The notes under the pieces: generated by a model
Told to the model about the DNA's origin: nothing
Databases searched by the model: none
Seen by the model: the letters and a program-made list of their open reading frames with translations, nothing else
Translations under genes and position numbers: made by a program
Shown: positions 17,610 to 26,598 of the stretch, piece after piece
How the letters are laid out: the number at the start of each line of letters is the position of its first letter
How positions within the stretch are numbered: the first letter of the stretch is position 1
Assembly: GCA_038248985.1 (NCBI GenBank)
Contig: JBBRWV010000005.1
Location: forward strand, 1 to 54,565
Direction of reading: 5' to 3'
Length of the DNA: 54,565 nucleotides
Origin: Phycisphaerae bacterium
Lineage (GTDB): Bacteria; Planctomycetota; Phycisphaerae; WQYP01

Positions 17610-18632
17610 ATGAAACGTGTGCTGGCGCTTTCATGCGATGCCAAGTTTTTTAGACATGCACAAGAACTGATTTCCAGCGTGCACAAGACCAGCAGGCGGT
17701 TAGTAGATGAGATTCTATTTTTTGACCTGGGGCTGACGGGGGAGCAGCGAGATACGCTGACTGGATCAAATTTTCATGTTATGGGCTACCCGACGTGGCT
17801 GACGGAGCGTCTTTATCCTGATTTTCTCAGCCCGCGGATGTTTGCATGGAAGACGTTTGTGTTGGTGGAAGCAGCCAAACATGGGGACTTGGTATTGTAT
17901 GCAGATAGCGCGTGCGTTCTGCTGAACTCGCTGGCTCCGATTTACGAGATTATTGAGCACGATGAAGTCTTTATGATCCGAGATGTGCAACGCAACGATG
18001 AGCGCACCCATGAGGCGTGTTTTGGGATCATGAACGCCACGCTGGCGGAACGTGGTGCCAGCCAGATTGATGCGGGAGTACTGGGGTATAGTTCGGGGGG
18101 ACGTTTTGCGGGGATCTTCGCCGAGGCTTTTGAGTTTGCAAAATATCGCAACTGCATTTTTGGTGATGCGACGACCCACCGCCATGACCAATCCATCTAT
18201 TCGATCTTGGCGGCTCGTTATGCTGTGCCATCCCTGCATGCTTACGGTGATTTTGTGCACTGGAAGGGAATTGAGTCGCGCGAACAGATTGTGTGGCAGC
18301 ATCGAGGGAAATGGCCATTTTTCAAGCGATTTGCCGAGCGAGCGGCGATCCTGAGCCCTGCGCGTATCGCAATATATGGCGCGGGCAAACATACGGAGCG
18401 CTTTCTGGCAACCTTCCGCAACTTGGCGGAGCCGCGGCACCGCGTGGTGGGGATCCTGGATGATTCGCCAAGAGCAGAAAGCTTCGCAGGGGTGCCGATC
18501 TTGCAAACGATGGCGTGGCAGCAACTACAAGCCGATGTCATCGTGCTTTCGAGCGATGCCCATGAAGAAGCGATGTATTTGAAATTTGGGGAGATTGCGC
18601 CACAAATGGCTATTTGGCGTATATATAGCTAG
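17610..18632 (+). CDS. GT-A-like (DUF1647-like) protein with C-terminal Rossmann-like domain
   Basis: FDLGLT, FAWK, LYADS, HRHDQSIYSIL; C-terminal IAIYGAGKHT domain; start MKRVL at 17610. Confidence 0.75.
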   Translation: MKRVLALSCDAKFFRHAQELISSVHKTSRRLVDEILFFDLGLTGEQRDTLTGSNFHVMGYPTWLTERLYPDFLSPRMFAWKTFVLVEAAKHGDLVLYADSACVLLNSLAPIYEIIEHDEVFMIRDVQRNDERTHEACFGIMNATLAERGASQIDAGVLGYSSGGRFAGIFAEAFEFAKYRNCIFGDATTHRHDQSIYSILAARYAVPSLHAYGDFVHWKGIESREQIVWQHRGKWPFFKRFAERAAILSPARIAIYGAGKHTERFLATFRNLAEPRHRVVGILDDSPRAESFAGVPILQTMAWQQLQADVIVLSSDAHEEAMYLKFGEIAPQMAIWRIYS

Positions 18633-18653
18633 CGCGTTGGGGGATTCTTTGTG

Positions 18654-19400
18654 TTACCGAGGTTTGCGGACCCACCAGACGTAGCCATAGTCGAGCGTCG
18701 GTACCAAGCCGCGTTTGCCGAGGCATTCTTCGACCGCTTGTTTGACGCCGGGCCATTCTGGTTGGTCGAAATCATGGCCCGAAACTATCCCGCCCGGGCG
18801 CACGCGATCCCACCAGGCCTCAATGTCGTCGCGAACCCCCTCGTAGCCGTGATCGGCATCCACGAACACAAAATCCACTACGCGACTGAAGGAATGTGCA
18901 GCGTCGGTGGTCGTGGCGCGAAGCAGTTCCCAACGGCCCGTGCTTTCGAGATGGCCACGGGTTTTTGCGCAAAGGGCGTCGAACCATTCCTGGGTCACTT
19001 CGTCGTAGCCGTTGCCGGGCCGTAGTTTATGGAAGGCATCGACGCCGTAGAGAAAAAGATTGGGGCAGGCTTCGACAAGATGCTGGGCGTGATAACCATA
19101 GAGCACGCCGAGTTCCACGCCGACGCGAAGGCCGTACTTGCGGATCAAATTTTCCAGGACGACGAATTGGTCGTTAAAGCCCATGTTTTTTGAGAGAAGG
19201 AAGTCGACAACGCGCGTGTAGGTGAAGGGCGTTTGCGGCCAATCGAACAGCAGGTTGCGCATGCGTTGGGCGGGGGCATGGGAAGGATCGATCGCGAGCA
19301 ACTGATCCAGAAAGGTCATTGCCTGATCGTGCTGGCCGGCGGCCTTGGCGACCTTGGCAGCACAGAAAAGGGAGGAGGTGTCGACAGCAAGCATGGTCAT
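18654..19400 (-). CDS. TPR plus SAM methyltransferase (Methyltransf_24-like)
   Basis: N-terminal TPR-like helix pair; VELGVLYG, DFVFVDADHGYEGVRDD, PGGIVSGHDF. Confidence 0.88.
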   Translation of the reverse strand: MTMLAVDTSSLFCAAKVAKAAGQHDQAMTFLDQLLAIDPSHAPAQRMRNLLFDWPQTPFTYTRVVDFLLSKNMGFNDQFVVLENLIRKYGLRVGVELGVLYGYHAQHLVEACPNLFLYGVDAFHKLRPGNGYDEVTQEWFDALCAKTRGHLESTGRWELLRATTTDAAHSFSRVVDFVFVDADHGYEGVRDDIEAWWDRVRPGGIVSGHDFDQPEWPGVKQAVEECLGKRGLVPTLDYGYVWWVRKPR

Positions 19401-19434
19401 AACAGCACCAATTCAAGTCCAATTCAGGTCGTCT

Positions 19435-20424
19435 TCAGGCTTTGATGCGGCCAATAAAGTAGTGACAAATATCCCGGTGCTGCAAATGGGTGACATCGCG
19501 GAAGCTGTTGTGAAACAGCGATTCGTAGTGCTGCGCGAGGGTGGAGGTGAGGTAGCTGTCGATCATGCGAATGGGATGTCCGGCATCATAAGTCTTGGTG
19601 GCACGCAGCGCTTCGAGAGTCGTGGTTACATCAGCGAAAACAAAAACTCCCTCTGGCTTCAGCAGAGCGCGGATGTTGGCGAAAATCCGGGGAATGTCGA
19701 AACAATGCTCGAGCACGTTCACCATAACCACCATGTCATACTTAACAGCGGGAGTAAAGCATTCAATTGGCGAAGCTAAGGTGCGGACGGATTGGCTCAC
19801 TAATTGATGTTTTGGATAGGTGCAGTGCGGATGGGTCAGATAGCTGTCAATCAGGGGGTCCAGCAAGTCGATCTGGCCGGTCACTTTCACCAGCGGCAGA
19901 ATCAGGCGCAGGTTGGTGAACGGGCCGCAGCCCAGTTCGATCACATTGTCGAACTGTCGACGGGCGATGGTGCTGTAATTGCCAAATTGTTGTTTATGGA
20001 ACTCGTTGCGGTCATCGAGGGCACCGAGGTTTTGTTCCATCCAGGTTTTGCGTTCATAGCGTTGGGCCTCCTGCCAGCGCGAGGAGTCAACCTGGAGGAT
20101 GCCATCGGTGGTGAGGAAGCGGGAATCATTTTTCTCCGCCAGTTTTTGGGCGGCGGCGGGGCCGTGGTATTCGCGAATGGAATCATCTACAAAATAGTGA
20201 TACTGATCCTGCTCCTGCCATTCGCGGAGTTTCCAGGACGGAGCCAGTTTGTGCTCAACGAGAAGGGCCTTGGCCCGCGCATGATGGGGATCGGCCAGAA
20301 GAATCTGTTCGAGCAAACGGCGGGCCTCCCCTGTTTGGGCTGCCGCAAGTCGCGTTTCGGCCTGCGCGAGGAGAGCGGCGATATCGGGAGGAGTGGAGAC
20401 AGCCGGTGATTGCAACGTAGACAT
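19435..20424 (-). CDS. TPR plus class I SAM methyltransferase
   Basis: N-terminal TPR-like segment; VIELGCGP, NVLEHC, LLKPEGVFVF. Confidence 0.85.
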   Translation of the reverse strand: MSTLQSPAVSTPPDIAALLAQAETRLAAAQTGEARRLLEQILLADPHHARAKALLVEHKLAPSWKLREWQEQDQYHYFVDDSIREYHGPAAAQKLAEKNDSRFLTTDGILQVDSSRWQEAQRYERKTWMEQNLGALDDRNEFHKQQFGNYSTIARRQFDNVIELGCGPFTNLRLILPLVKVTGQIDLLDPLIDSYLTHPHCTYPKHQLVSQSVRTLASPIECFTPAVKYDMVVMVNVLEHCFDIPRIFANIRALLKPEGVFVFADVTTTLEALRATKTYDAGHPIRMIDSYLTSTLAQHYESLFHNSFRDVTHLQHRDICHYFIGRIKA

Positions 20425-20511
20425 TTCGGATCCATCCGTAAGTACGCCTTCCGTGGAGTGTCGATAGGTTTATCGACCGCGATGCGTCTGGTACAACAGC
20501 GAAAAGTGACG

Positions 20512-22863
20512 TCAACTGCCGGCAAGTCCGGCCGCAATTCCCGCAAGAAATTGCTTCCAGCGGGTATCAAAGCTGAATTTTTCCACAACTGCCTGGCGCA
20601 GGGCCGCGGCAATTTCCTGGCGTAAAGGCTCATCTTTGAGAAAGCGATCGGCCATGGCCGCGAAGGAGGGGCGATCGGAGAAGGCGATGTCAGCGAAGTG
20701 CGGCAGAGAACTTGCCGCGGGCAGATCGGGAAAGGCGATCAGGCCGCGGAGGAATTCTTCGGGCCGAGAAATATTACCGTTGGCATCCCTATGAAGTTGT
20801 TCGCGAACGAGGCACCAGGCGTTGATGGTCACCTCGTCAGTTGATTGTTCAAGCATACGGAGGCTATCGAGTTTGCCATTGCGCGCGAGATGGGCCAGGT
20901 GAAGGCGGGCTGAGACCCCTTTAGGGGTACCGTCATAGGCGGTGCGATGGGTAAGGAAAAAGCCTCCGGCGGCGAGGCCGTCGAGCGCGCGGGAATGGAG
21001 AAAGCCGGTTTCGATAATCTGCAGATTGATGCGGGAGGCCTGATAGATGGCCGACAGTTCATCGCCCTGTTGGGCAGACCCCGCGGCGTAAGGAGAGAAA
21101 CGCGGATGCGTCTCCCAGCCTTGACCGAAGAGGCGGAGTTTCAGAGAGTGTGAATCTACATACTCGGCAACCCAACTGAGAATTGCATGTCGAAAGGCGC
21201 GATCGGCCACGGTGAGGGCGTTCATGACAATTTCATCGCGTGCTTGCGCGGGGAAGGTGATGTGCCGATCATGTTCAAACTCGATCACCAAGGTATAGGC
21301 GCGGGAGCTGGTCCAGCCTTGGGGATCTGCCAGGATGATGTCGGTCAAGGTGATAAACGCATCGAGGGAATTGTGTTCCGCAAACCGCGCAGCAAGGGAG
21401 TGTCGAAGCGATTCGGGTGTTCCGCTGGCATTGGAAACGTACGAAAAATCGCAGCCAAATTTTGCCAGATCGGCGGATGAAAGAGGCCGGGGCGTGTAGC
21501 GATGCGTGGCCGAGGCGAGGTGGCAGAAGATGCAGTTTGGCCGCGGCCAGCCGAGATAAACGAACCCGTGAAAAGCGGCATGACCGGCGACATACGTTAG
21601 TGCGTCAAGGGATGCCCGGGCCTCCGGCGTGCGCATGCAAGGAAGGTTGTCCTGATCCCAGGAGAGGTAGGGAATGGCCTTCGGAATCCGAGGATTCTCG
21701 TGGCGCAGGCGGGAAATCTGCAGGATCAAATCCGGATGGTGCTGATCGATCAATCGTTGAAAGGGGTTTTCCAACGATTGATCGTCGGACTCGATTGCGA
21801 GGAGGAAGTCATGCCCGGCGGCGGTTATGGCGGTCTGCAATTCGCGCATCGAATGCTGGAGGACGCTGGAATAGCGAGTCGTGATGCCGAGGACTTTCAA
21901 GCGGGATTTGCCGGTGAGCGCCTGGGAGAAGCGCTCGCGCCAAGCGGCATGAGGGATACGGGCGTAGTAAACGTCAATGGCGGATTTGCGAGCCTTCATC
22001 TGGGCTTCGCGCTCCGCATGGATGCGTTCACAGTGGGCCTGGAGGTGGAGGGGCGCGCGGGGACGCAGAACGTCGGTGATGTAGCGTTGTGGCGGCGACC
22101 AATCGGGATTTTCCTGCAAGGCGGAATGAAAATCGGCGAGCACCTGATCGGGGGAGGCACCAAGGAATAGCCGAAAGCGCGGCGAACGCAGGAGCGGTTG
22201 AAAATCGTGCAGATGAAAGAGCATCGCCAGGGCCAGCGGATCGGGTTCGAGCAGGTAGAGGGCGCAGCTATAGGTGAGAAAGGAGAAGGCCGTGGTATCG
22301 GCGATGCGCTGCATGAGCCAGCCATAGCCTGCGCCATCAAAGGCGATGGGGGCGGGAACGGGGGTTTGCGATCGGTCGAAATTCCAGACGGACTCAATGG
22401 CGCGATGGTTGGACAGTCCCTGCAACCAGCCGTTGTGAATGAGTGGCTCGGCGACGGTACGAACATGCAAATTACCGTCCAGTGAGGCGTGCAATTCATA
22501 GTTGGGCAATTCGGCGGCGGCGGTCTTGATCAGGGATACGGCCGCAGGAAAACGGGACTCAAGGGCGGTCAGGTTGGCTTGGAATCTGCGGGCGCGGGAC
22601 GTCCAGGGAATCTGTCCACTGGTGGACGGAGCATCGGTCAACGAACCGATAGCGGGCACCTGACTTGCGAGCACGGGGTGCGTGAGACGTTTGGCGGCGG
22701 CAGAAAGCCCCAACGTGGTCAGGGCGCGAAAATAGTGGAGCACGGCGGCTCCGTCCTCGGCGTTGGCTGCCAGTAGTGAAGATGAGGCATCCGTCACGGC
22801 GTAGGGATCGCGTTGGACATCCGCGATGGCGAGAAGTTTGCGCAGTGTGTCAGTCGATAGCAT
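20512..22863 (-). CDS. Large glycosyltransferase-like protein (Maf-like N-terminus, CgeB/GT-B-like C-terminus)
   Basis: RFQANLTAL...FDGAGYGW...LYLLEPD resembles Maf N-region; LRLFGQGW, IYQASRINL, RALDGLAAGGFFL resemble CgeB-type GT. Confidence 0.75.
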   Translation of the reverse strand: MLSTDTLRKLLAIADVQRDPYAVTDASSSLLAANAEDGAAVLHYFRALTTLGLSAAAKRLTHPVLASQVPAIGSLTDAPSTSGQIPWTSRARRFQANLTALESRFPAAVSLIKTAAAELPNYELHASLDGNLHVRTVAEPLIHNGWLQGLSNHRAIESVWNFDRSQTPVPAPIAFDGAGYGWLMQRIADTTAFSFLTYSCALYLLEPDPLALAMLFHLHDFQPLLRSPRFRLFLGASPDQVLADFHSALQENPDWSPPQRYITDVLRPRAPLHLQAHCERIHAEREAQMKARKSAIDVYYARIPHAAWRERFSQALTGKSRLKVLGITTRYSSVLQHSMRELQTAITAAGHDFLLAIESDDQSLENPFQRLIDQHHPDLILQISRLRHENPRIPKAIPYLSWDQDNLPCMRTPEARASLDALTYVAGHAAFHGFVYLGWPRPNCIFCHLASATHRYTPRPLSSADLAKFGCDFSYVSNASGTPESLRHSLAARFAEHNSLDAFITLTDIILADPQGWTSSRAYTLVIEFEHDRHITFPAQARDEIVMNALTVADRAFRHAILSWVAEYVDSHSLKLRLFGQGWETHPRFSPYAAGSAQQGDELSAIYQASRINLQIIETGFLHSRALDGLAAGGFFLTHRTAYDGTPKGVSARLHLAHLARNGKLDSLRMLEQSTDEVTINAWCLVREQLHRDANGNISRPEEFLRGLIAFPDLPAASSLPHFADIAFSDRPSFAAMADRFLKDEPLRQEIAAALRQAVVEKFSFDTRWKQFLAGIAAGLAGS

Positions 22864-22940
22864 GGCGGAAGTATAAGGAGATTCAGGGTTTTTGCCTGTG
22901 ATTTATCGACGAAGATTTCCAATCGGTCGATAAGAAGGCG

Positions 22941-24035
22941 ATGATGCGTGATTCCTCCATACTTGTTTCGGCCATTGTAAGCACCTACAAAGGAGAGCGG
23001 TTCCTGCGGGGGTGTATGGACGACTTGATCGGCCAAACGCTCTTTGTGTCCGGCCAGTTGGAGGTCCTCATCGTTGATTCGGCCTCACCGGAAAAGGAAG
23101 CCGAGATTGCCGGCGAATTTGTGGGGCTTTATCCGGAGTACATCCGCTACATTCGCACCACGGAGCGGCAGACGCTTTACGGGGCATGGAATACGGGGAT
23201 TCGCTTGGCACGCGGGAAGTACCTGACTAATGCGAATGTGGACGATCGCCATGAGCCACGCTGCCTGGAGATTGTGGCGGCGGCCCTGGATGAGCATCCC
23301 CAAGCGGTGCTGGCTTATTGCGACAGCCATGTGAACCGCTCGGAAAACGCGTCATTTGCGGATGCGACAATCGTTGACACGCTCCGCTGGCCGGCTTTTT
23401 CCCGCCAAACACTCTTCGAGAAATGCACGATCGGTCCCCATCCAATGTGGAGAGCGGATGTTCATGCGAAATATGGCATGTTTGATGAAACGATGCGCTC
23501 CGCAGGGGACTATGAGTTCTGGTTGCGTCTGGCGGCGGGAGGTGAAACGTTCATTCACGTTCCCCAACCGCTGTCGATGTACCTGGAGAATCCGGGATCG
23601 ATATCGTTGAGCAATGCGGATTTGAGTTGGCGAGAATCGGAAGAAGCTCGTGACCGGCACTGGCGTGAGGAATGGGGAGTTCATCCTAAGTTCAGGGCGG
23701 CGTTGCCGACATTCAAGCGACTGGCGGAAAAAATCCCCGCGGATGCCCGGGTCGCGTTGTATGGCGCCGGCAAGCATACGCAGAAGTATCTTCCGCTTTT
23801 TCGTAAAATTCTAAACGCCCGCGATGCGAGGTTGGTGGCAATTTTCGATGATGCGTCGACACGCACGGACATGGACGGTATACCGGTTTTCCCCTTATCG
23901 AGGTGGTCTTTGGAAGCGATTACCGCGGTAATTCCCTCGTCGGACCAGCACGAGCCGGCATTACTGCAAAAGTTACATGGAGCCATGGGGCCCACGGTGA
24001 CGATAATTCCGTTGTACGGCAAGGAGATTCGATGA
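22941..24035 (+). CDS. GT2 glycosyltransferase with C-terminal Rossmann-like domain
   Basis: VSAIVSTY, IVDSASPE, NANVDD, GDYEFWLRL; C-terminal VALYGAGKHT. Confidence 0.92.
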   Translation: MMRDSSILVSAIVSTYKGERFLRGCMDDLIGQTLFVSGQLEVLIVDSASPEKEAEIAGEFVGLYPEYIRYIRTTERQTLYGAWNTGIRLARGKYLTNANVDDRHEPRCLEIVAAALDEHPQAVLAYCDSHVNRSENASFADATIVDTLRWPAFSRQTLFEKCTIGPHPMWRADVHAKYGMFDETMRSAGDYEFWLRLAAGGETFIHVPQPLSMYLENPGSISLSNADLSWRESEEARDRHWREEWGVHPKFRAALPTFKRLAEKIPADARVALYGAGKHTQKYLPLFRKILNARDARLVAIFDDASTRTDMDGIPVFPLSRWSLEAITAVIPSSDQHEPALLQKLHGAMGPTVTIIPLYGKEIR

Positions 24036-24694
24036 CGGCGGTCATGCTGAAAAAAGTAAAACGCACGGTGCATTCGCTCGTGTCGATACCGGATTCGCTG
24101 GTGATTCGCAATTACCGTGATATTCAGGGTTTTCTTTCCGCGCGCGAAGCCCTGGGGCTTTTCCAGACGGCGCGGAAGCTGCCGCCCTCGGCGACAATCG
24201 TGGAAATCGGAAGCTGGAAAGGCAAGAGTACCTACTGCCTGGCCAAGGGACTCAGCGCGGGCCGGCTCATTGCGATCGACCCGTTCAACTGCTTTGGCGA
24301 TGCCGCAAGCGAGGTGCTTTACAAGAACACCCAGGGGGAGTTGCCGCTGGTCGAGCAGTTCCGGCAAAATATGTTTCGGCGAGGCGTGCTGGACAAGATC
24401 GAGATATGGAAGGGTCTATCGCCACAATTTGTGGATTGCCTGCCGGCGCTGGGTGAAATCGATCTGCTCTTTATTGATGGGGACCATTCCGTAGAAGGGG
24501 CCACGTATGATTTCGACAACTACGGCCCGCACGTCAAAACCGGCGGATACGTGCTATTTCATGATTTTGACAAAACGCGGGAAGACCTCGGGCCGACGTG
24601 GGTGATCAACAATCGCGTGCGGCCGTCGAAAAAATGGGCGTGGGTGGCGTGTTATGATTCGCTGTGGATCGGGCGGCGAACCGAGTGCTCTTAA
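24032..24694 (+). CDS. SAM methyltransferase (Methyltransf_24-like)
   Basis: IVEIGSWKGKST, LLFIDGDHS, GGYVLFHD; AAGGAG RBS, ATGA overlap at 24032. Confidence 0.9.
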   Translation: MTAVMLKKVKRTVHSLVSIPDSLVIRNYRDIQGFLSAREALGLFQTARKLPPSATIVEIGSWKGKSTYCLAKGLSAGRLIAIDPFNCFGDAASEVLYKNTQGELPLVEQFRQNMFRRGVLDKIEIWKGLSPQFVDCLPALGEIDLLFIDGDHSVEGATYDFDNYGPHVKTGGYVLFHDFDKTREDLGPTWVINNRVRPSKKWAWVACYDSLWIGRRTECS

Positions 24695-24707
24695 GCCGGG
24701 CTATTTA

Positions 24708-26240
24708 TCACTGGGCATTCAGCAAGCGTTGCAGCATGGCTTCGGACTGGCCGGTGAGAGTGGCATATTGCCAACCTGCCAACGCGCGAAAACCTATATT
24801 CTGCACTTTGCCGCCTTGCACCATTCCGCTCAACCAGGCTAGCGGTTCCTTGCGGCCTTCGCGGGCCAGGATGAGGGCGGCGTAATTGGCGGCGGATTCC
24901 GTTGCGGCGGATTTCGATACAGAGTCCCAGATCGGCGCCACCAACTCCGCAGGTTTTGGGGTAGTGGAACGCACAATGCCAGCGAGCACGGCTTCGACCA
25001 CGGAACGATTTTCCGACTTGAGCAGGCCTTCGATGGTCTTGCGGGCGGTAGGAGCGGTGTCTTCGATCATCTTCTGGGCAGCGAGCGCGGCGCGCTCATA
25101 ATCCCGGCCGCGATTGTCATCCACGATGGTGGCCATGCCGATGATGGCATAGCGAATCGCCATGCGCCGCTCGGCATCACAGCGATCCGAATAGGCCAGG
25201 GCCCAATCCATAACGATGGGATGTCCTTCGCGGACCAGTCGGACCACGTCTTGCGTCACATCGTTGCCGGCCGCCGATTTCTTGGCCGCAGCGGCAATTG
25301 ATTTGCACAAGGGGGACCTGGAACGTTCCAGTGGGTCGAGATGTCCGGGCTTTAAGCGATCGGCATTTTCCAGGGCGATCAGGCCGAGTTTGATCTGCTG
25401 GCCGATTTCTTTCTGCTGGGCCGCCATTTCTGAAAAAAGTTTGGGACCCTCGGGAGCGTTGAGGGTTAACAGGGTGCTCAACGCCGTCTGGCGAAGTCCT
25501 TCATCGTTGGCCTCGTCCGTGGCAAGCGTCAACACCCAGGGAGCGGCAAGGGTGATGTTTTCTTTCTGTGTTTTCACCATCATCAGCGCCTGAACAGGGG
25601 CAGTGCGCAAGTCATGTTTGCTTGCCATGTCGTTGAGCGTCTTAAGGGCCTCGGCATTTTCGGCATCGCTTTTCTGGGAGAGCATGGTAATGGCCGCATA
25701 ATGCCGCACCATTTCTTTGCTATTGACGAGCAGTTCCAGAAGCGGTTTTCGGTCTTTGAGGGCTTTGCGTTGGTTCAACTCTCCGGCAGCCATCACTTTG
25801 TGCGCGGGGTCCGGTGCAGCGGTGAGAATTTTCAGGAGTTGCTCATCGGAGATTAACTTGGAATCGATCAGGGAGGCAATTGCGGAGCCCACCATCGCGG
25901 GGTCGTTGGTGGTGAGCAGCATGTCGATATCCACATATTTGGCATCGTTGGCCAGGATGGTTTGCGAGATCATGCCATAGAGTTTGTTTTCCGGCAGCTT
26001 GCTTTCCCGAAGTTTGCCGAAAAGTTTCACCAACGCGGGATCGCGCGCCATGCGCAAGGCGGAAAAGATCTGCGAACCGTTCCGGGCCTGTGAAATTGCA
26101 GTGTCCTTGGTCTCGGCAAGTGCAACATTGAGCAATGACTCCGCGTTCTCCAGGGTGCCATCCTTGACTTGGGCGAAGGCGGTCACCTGGGCGGTCAAAA
26201 TTGCAGAAAGAACAAGGCCGGCGGCAAAACGAATCTTCAC
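24708..26240 (-). CDS. Exported all-helical (HEAT/ARM-like) protein of unknown function
   Basis: GGAG RBS and GTG 26240; signal peptide MKIRFAAGLVLSAILTAQVTAFA; recurring helical motifs (VRHYAAITM, LRQTALSTL). Confidence 0.75.
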   Translation of the reverse strand: MKIRFAAGLVLSAILTAQVTAFAQVKDGTLENAESLLNVALAETKDTAISQARNGSQIFSALRMARDPALVKLFGKLRESKLPENKLYGMISQTILANDAKYVDIDMLLTTNDPAMVGSAIASLIDSKLISDEQLLKILTAAPDPAHKVMAAGELNQRKALKDRKPLLELLVNSKEMVRHYAAITMLSQKSDAENAEALKTLNDMASKHDLRTAPVQALMMVKTQKENITLAAPWVLTLATDEANDEGLRQTALSTLLTLNAPEGPKLFSEMAAQQKEIGQQIKLGLIALENADRLKPGHLDPLERSRSPLCKSIAAAAKKSAAGNDVTQDVVRLVREGHPIVMDWALAYSDRCDAERRMAIRYAIIGMATIVDDNRGRDYERAALAAQKMIEDTAPTARKTIEGLLKSENRSVVEAVLAGIVRSTTPKPAELVAPIWDSVSKSAATESAANYAALILAREGRKEPLAWLSGMVQGGKVQNIGFRALAGWQYATLTGQSEAMLQRLLNAQ

Positions 26241-26335
26241 AAATGGCTCCAAGGAGGAGTGCGACATTTCAGGCAAAACTGAACAGACCGTCAATTGTAA
26301 CCCACCGTGCTTCGCCTGTCAGTGGCTGCTCACTA

Positions 26336-26364
26336 TTGACCGGCGCCGACGGTTTTACGATAAT
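26336..26364 (+). promoter_or_regulatory. Sigma70-type promoter of the leader-cimA-valS unit
   Basis: TTGACC (26336-26341), 17-nt spacer, GATAAT (26359-26364). Confidence 0.7.
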
Positions 26365-26405
26365 CCTTTTCCTTGGTCGTGCCCCCTGCTCTCTTGAGGT
26401 GACTC

Positions 26406-26528
26406 GTGCGGACAGATTCAGCAGCCAGCCCCGAAGCCCTGCTTGACGCCACTGCGACAAAGTTCGCGGCGGGCACTGTCCGCGAATCGATTTGGATCGT
26501 CGTTATCCCCGTGAAAATGGAACGGTAA
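26406..26528 (+). CDS. Putative attenuator leader peptide (Ile/Val-rich)
   Basis: GAGGTG RBS, GTG start; MRTDSAASPEALLDATATKFAAGTVRESIWIVVIPVKMER*; 6 of 8 consecutive codons are Ile or Val. Confidence 0.6.
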   Translation: MRTDSAASPEALLDATATKFAAGTVRESIWIVVIPVKMER

Positions 26529-26554
26529 GGCACCCATTGGTTGAAACCTGATTG

Positions 26555-26589
26555 AACGCCCTGCCGAGAAACGCAGGGCGTTTTGTTTT
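26555..26589 (+). terminator. Intrinsic terminator (attenuator) in the cimA leader
   Basis: 10-bp stem AACGCCCTGC/GCAGGGCGTT, 8-nt loop, TTTTGTTTT tail, ending 9 nt before the cimA ATG. Confidence 0.85.
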
Positions 26590-26598
26590 GAGGACTCT

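Noticed and set aside
26365-26598. T-box riboswitch or 6S RNA in the cimA-valS leader
   Set aside because: No convincing TGGNACC antiterminator context or stem I motifs; a leader peptide explains the layout better. An Rfam scan would settle it.
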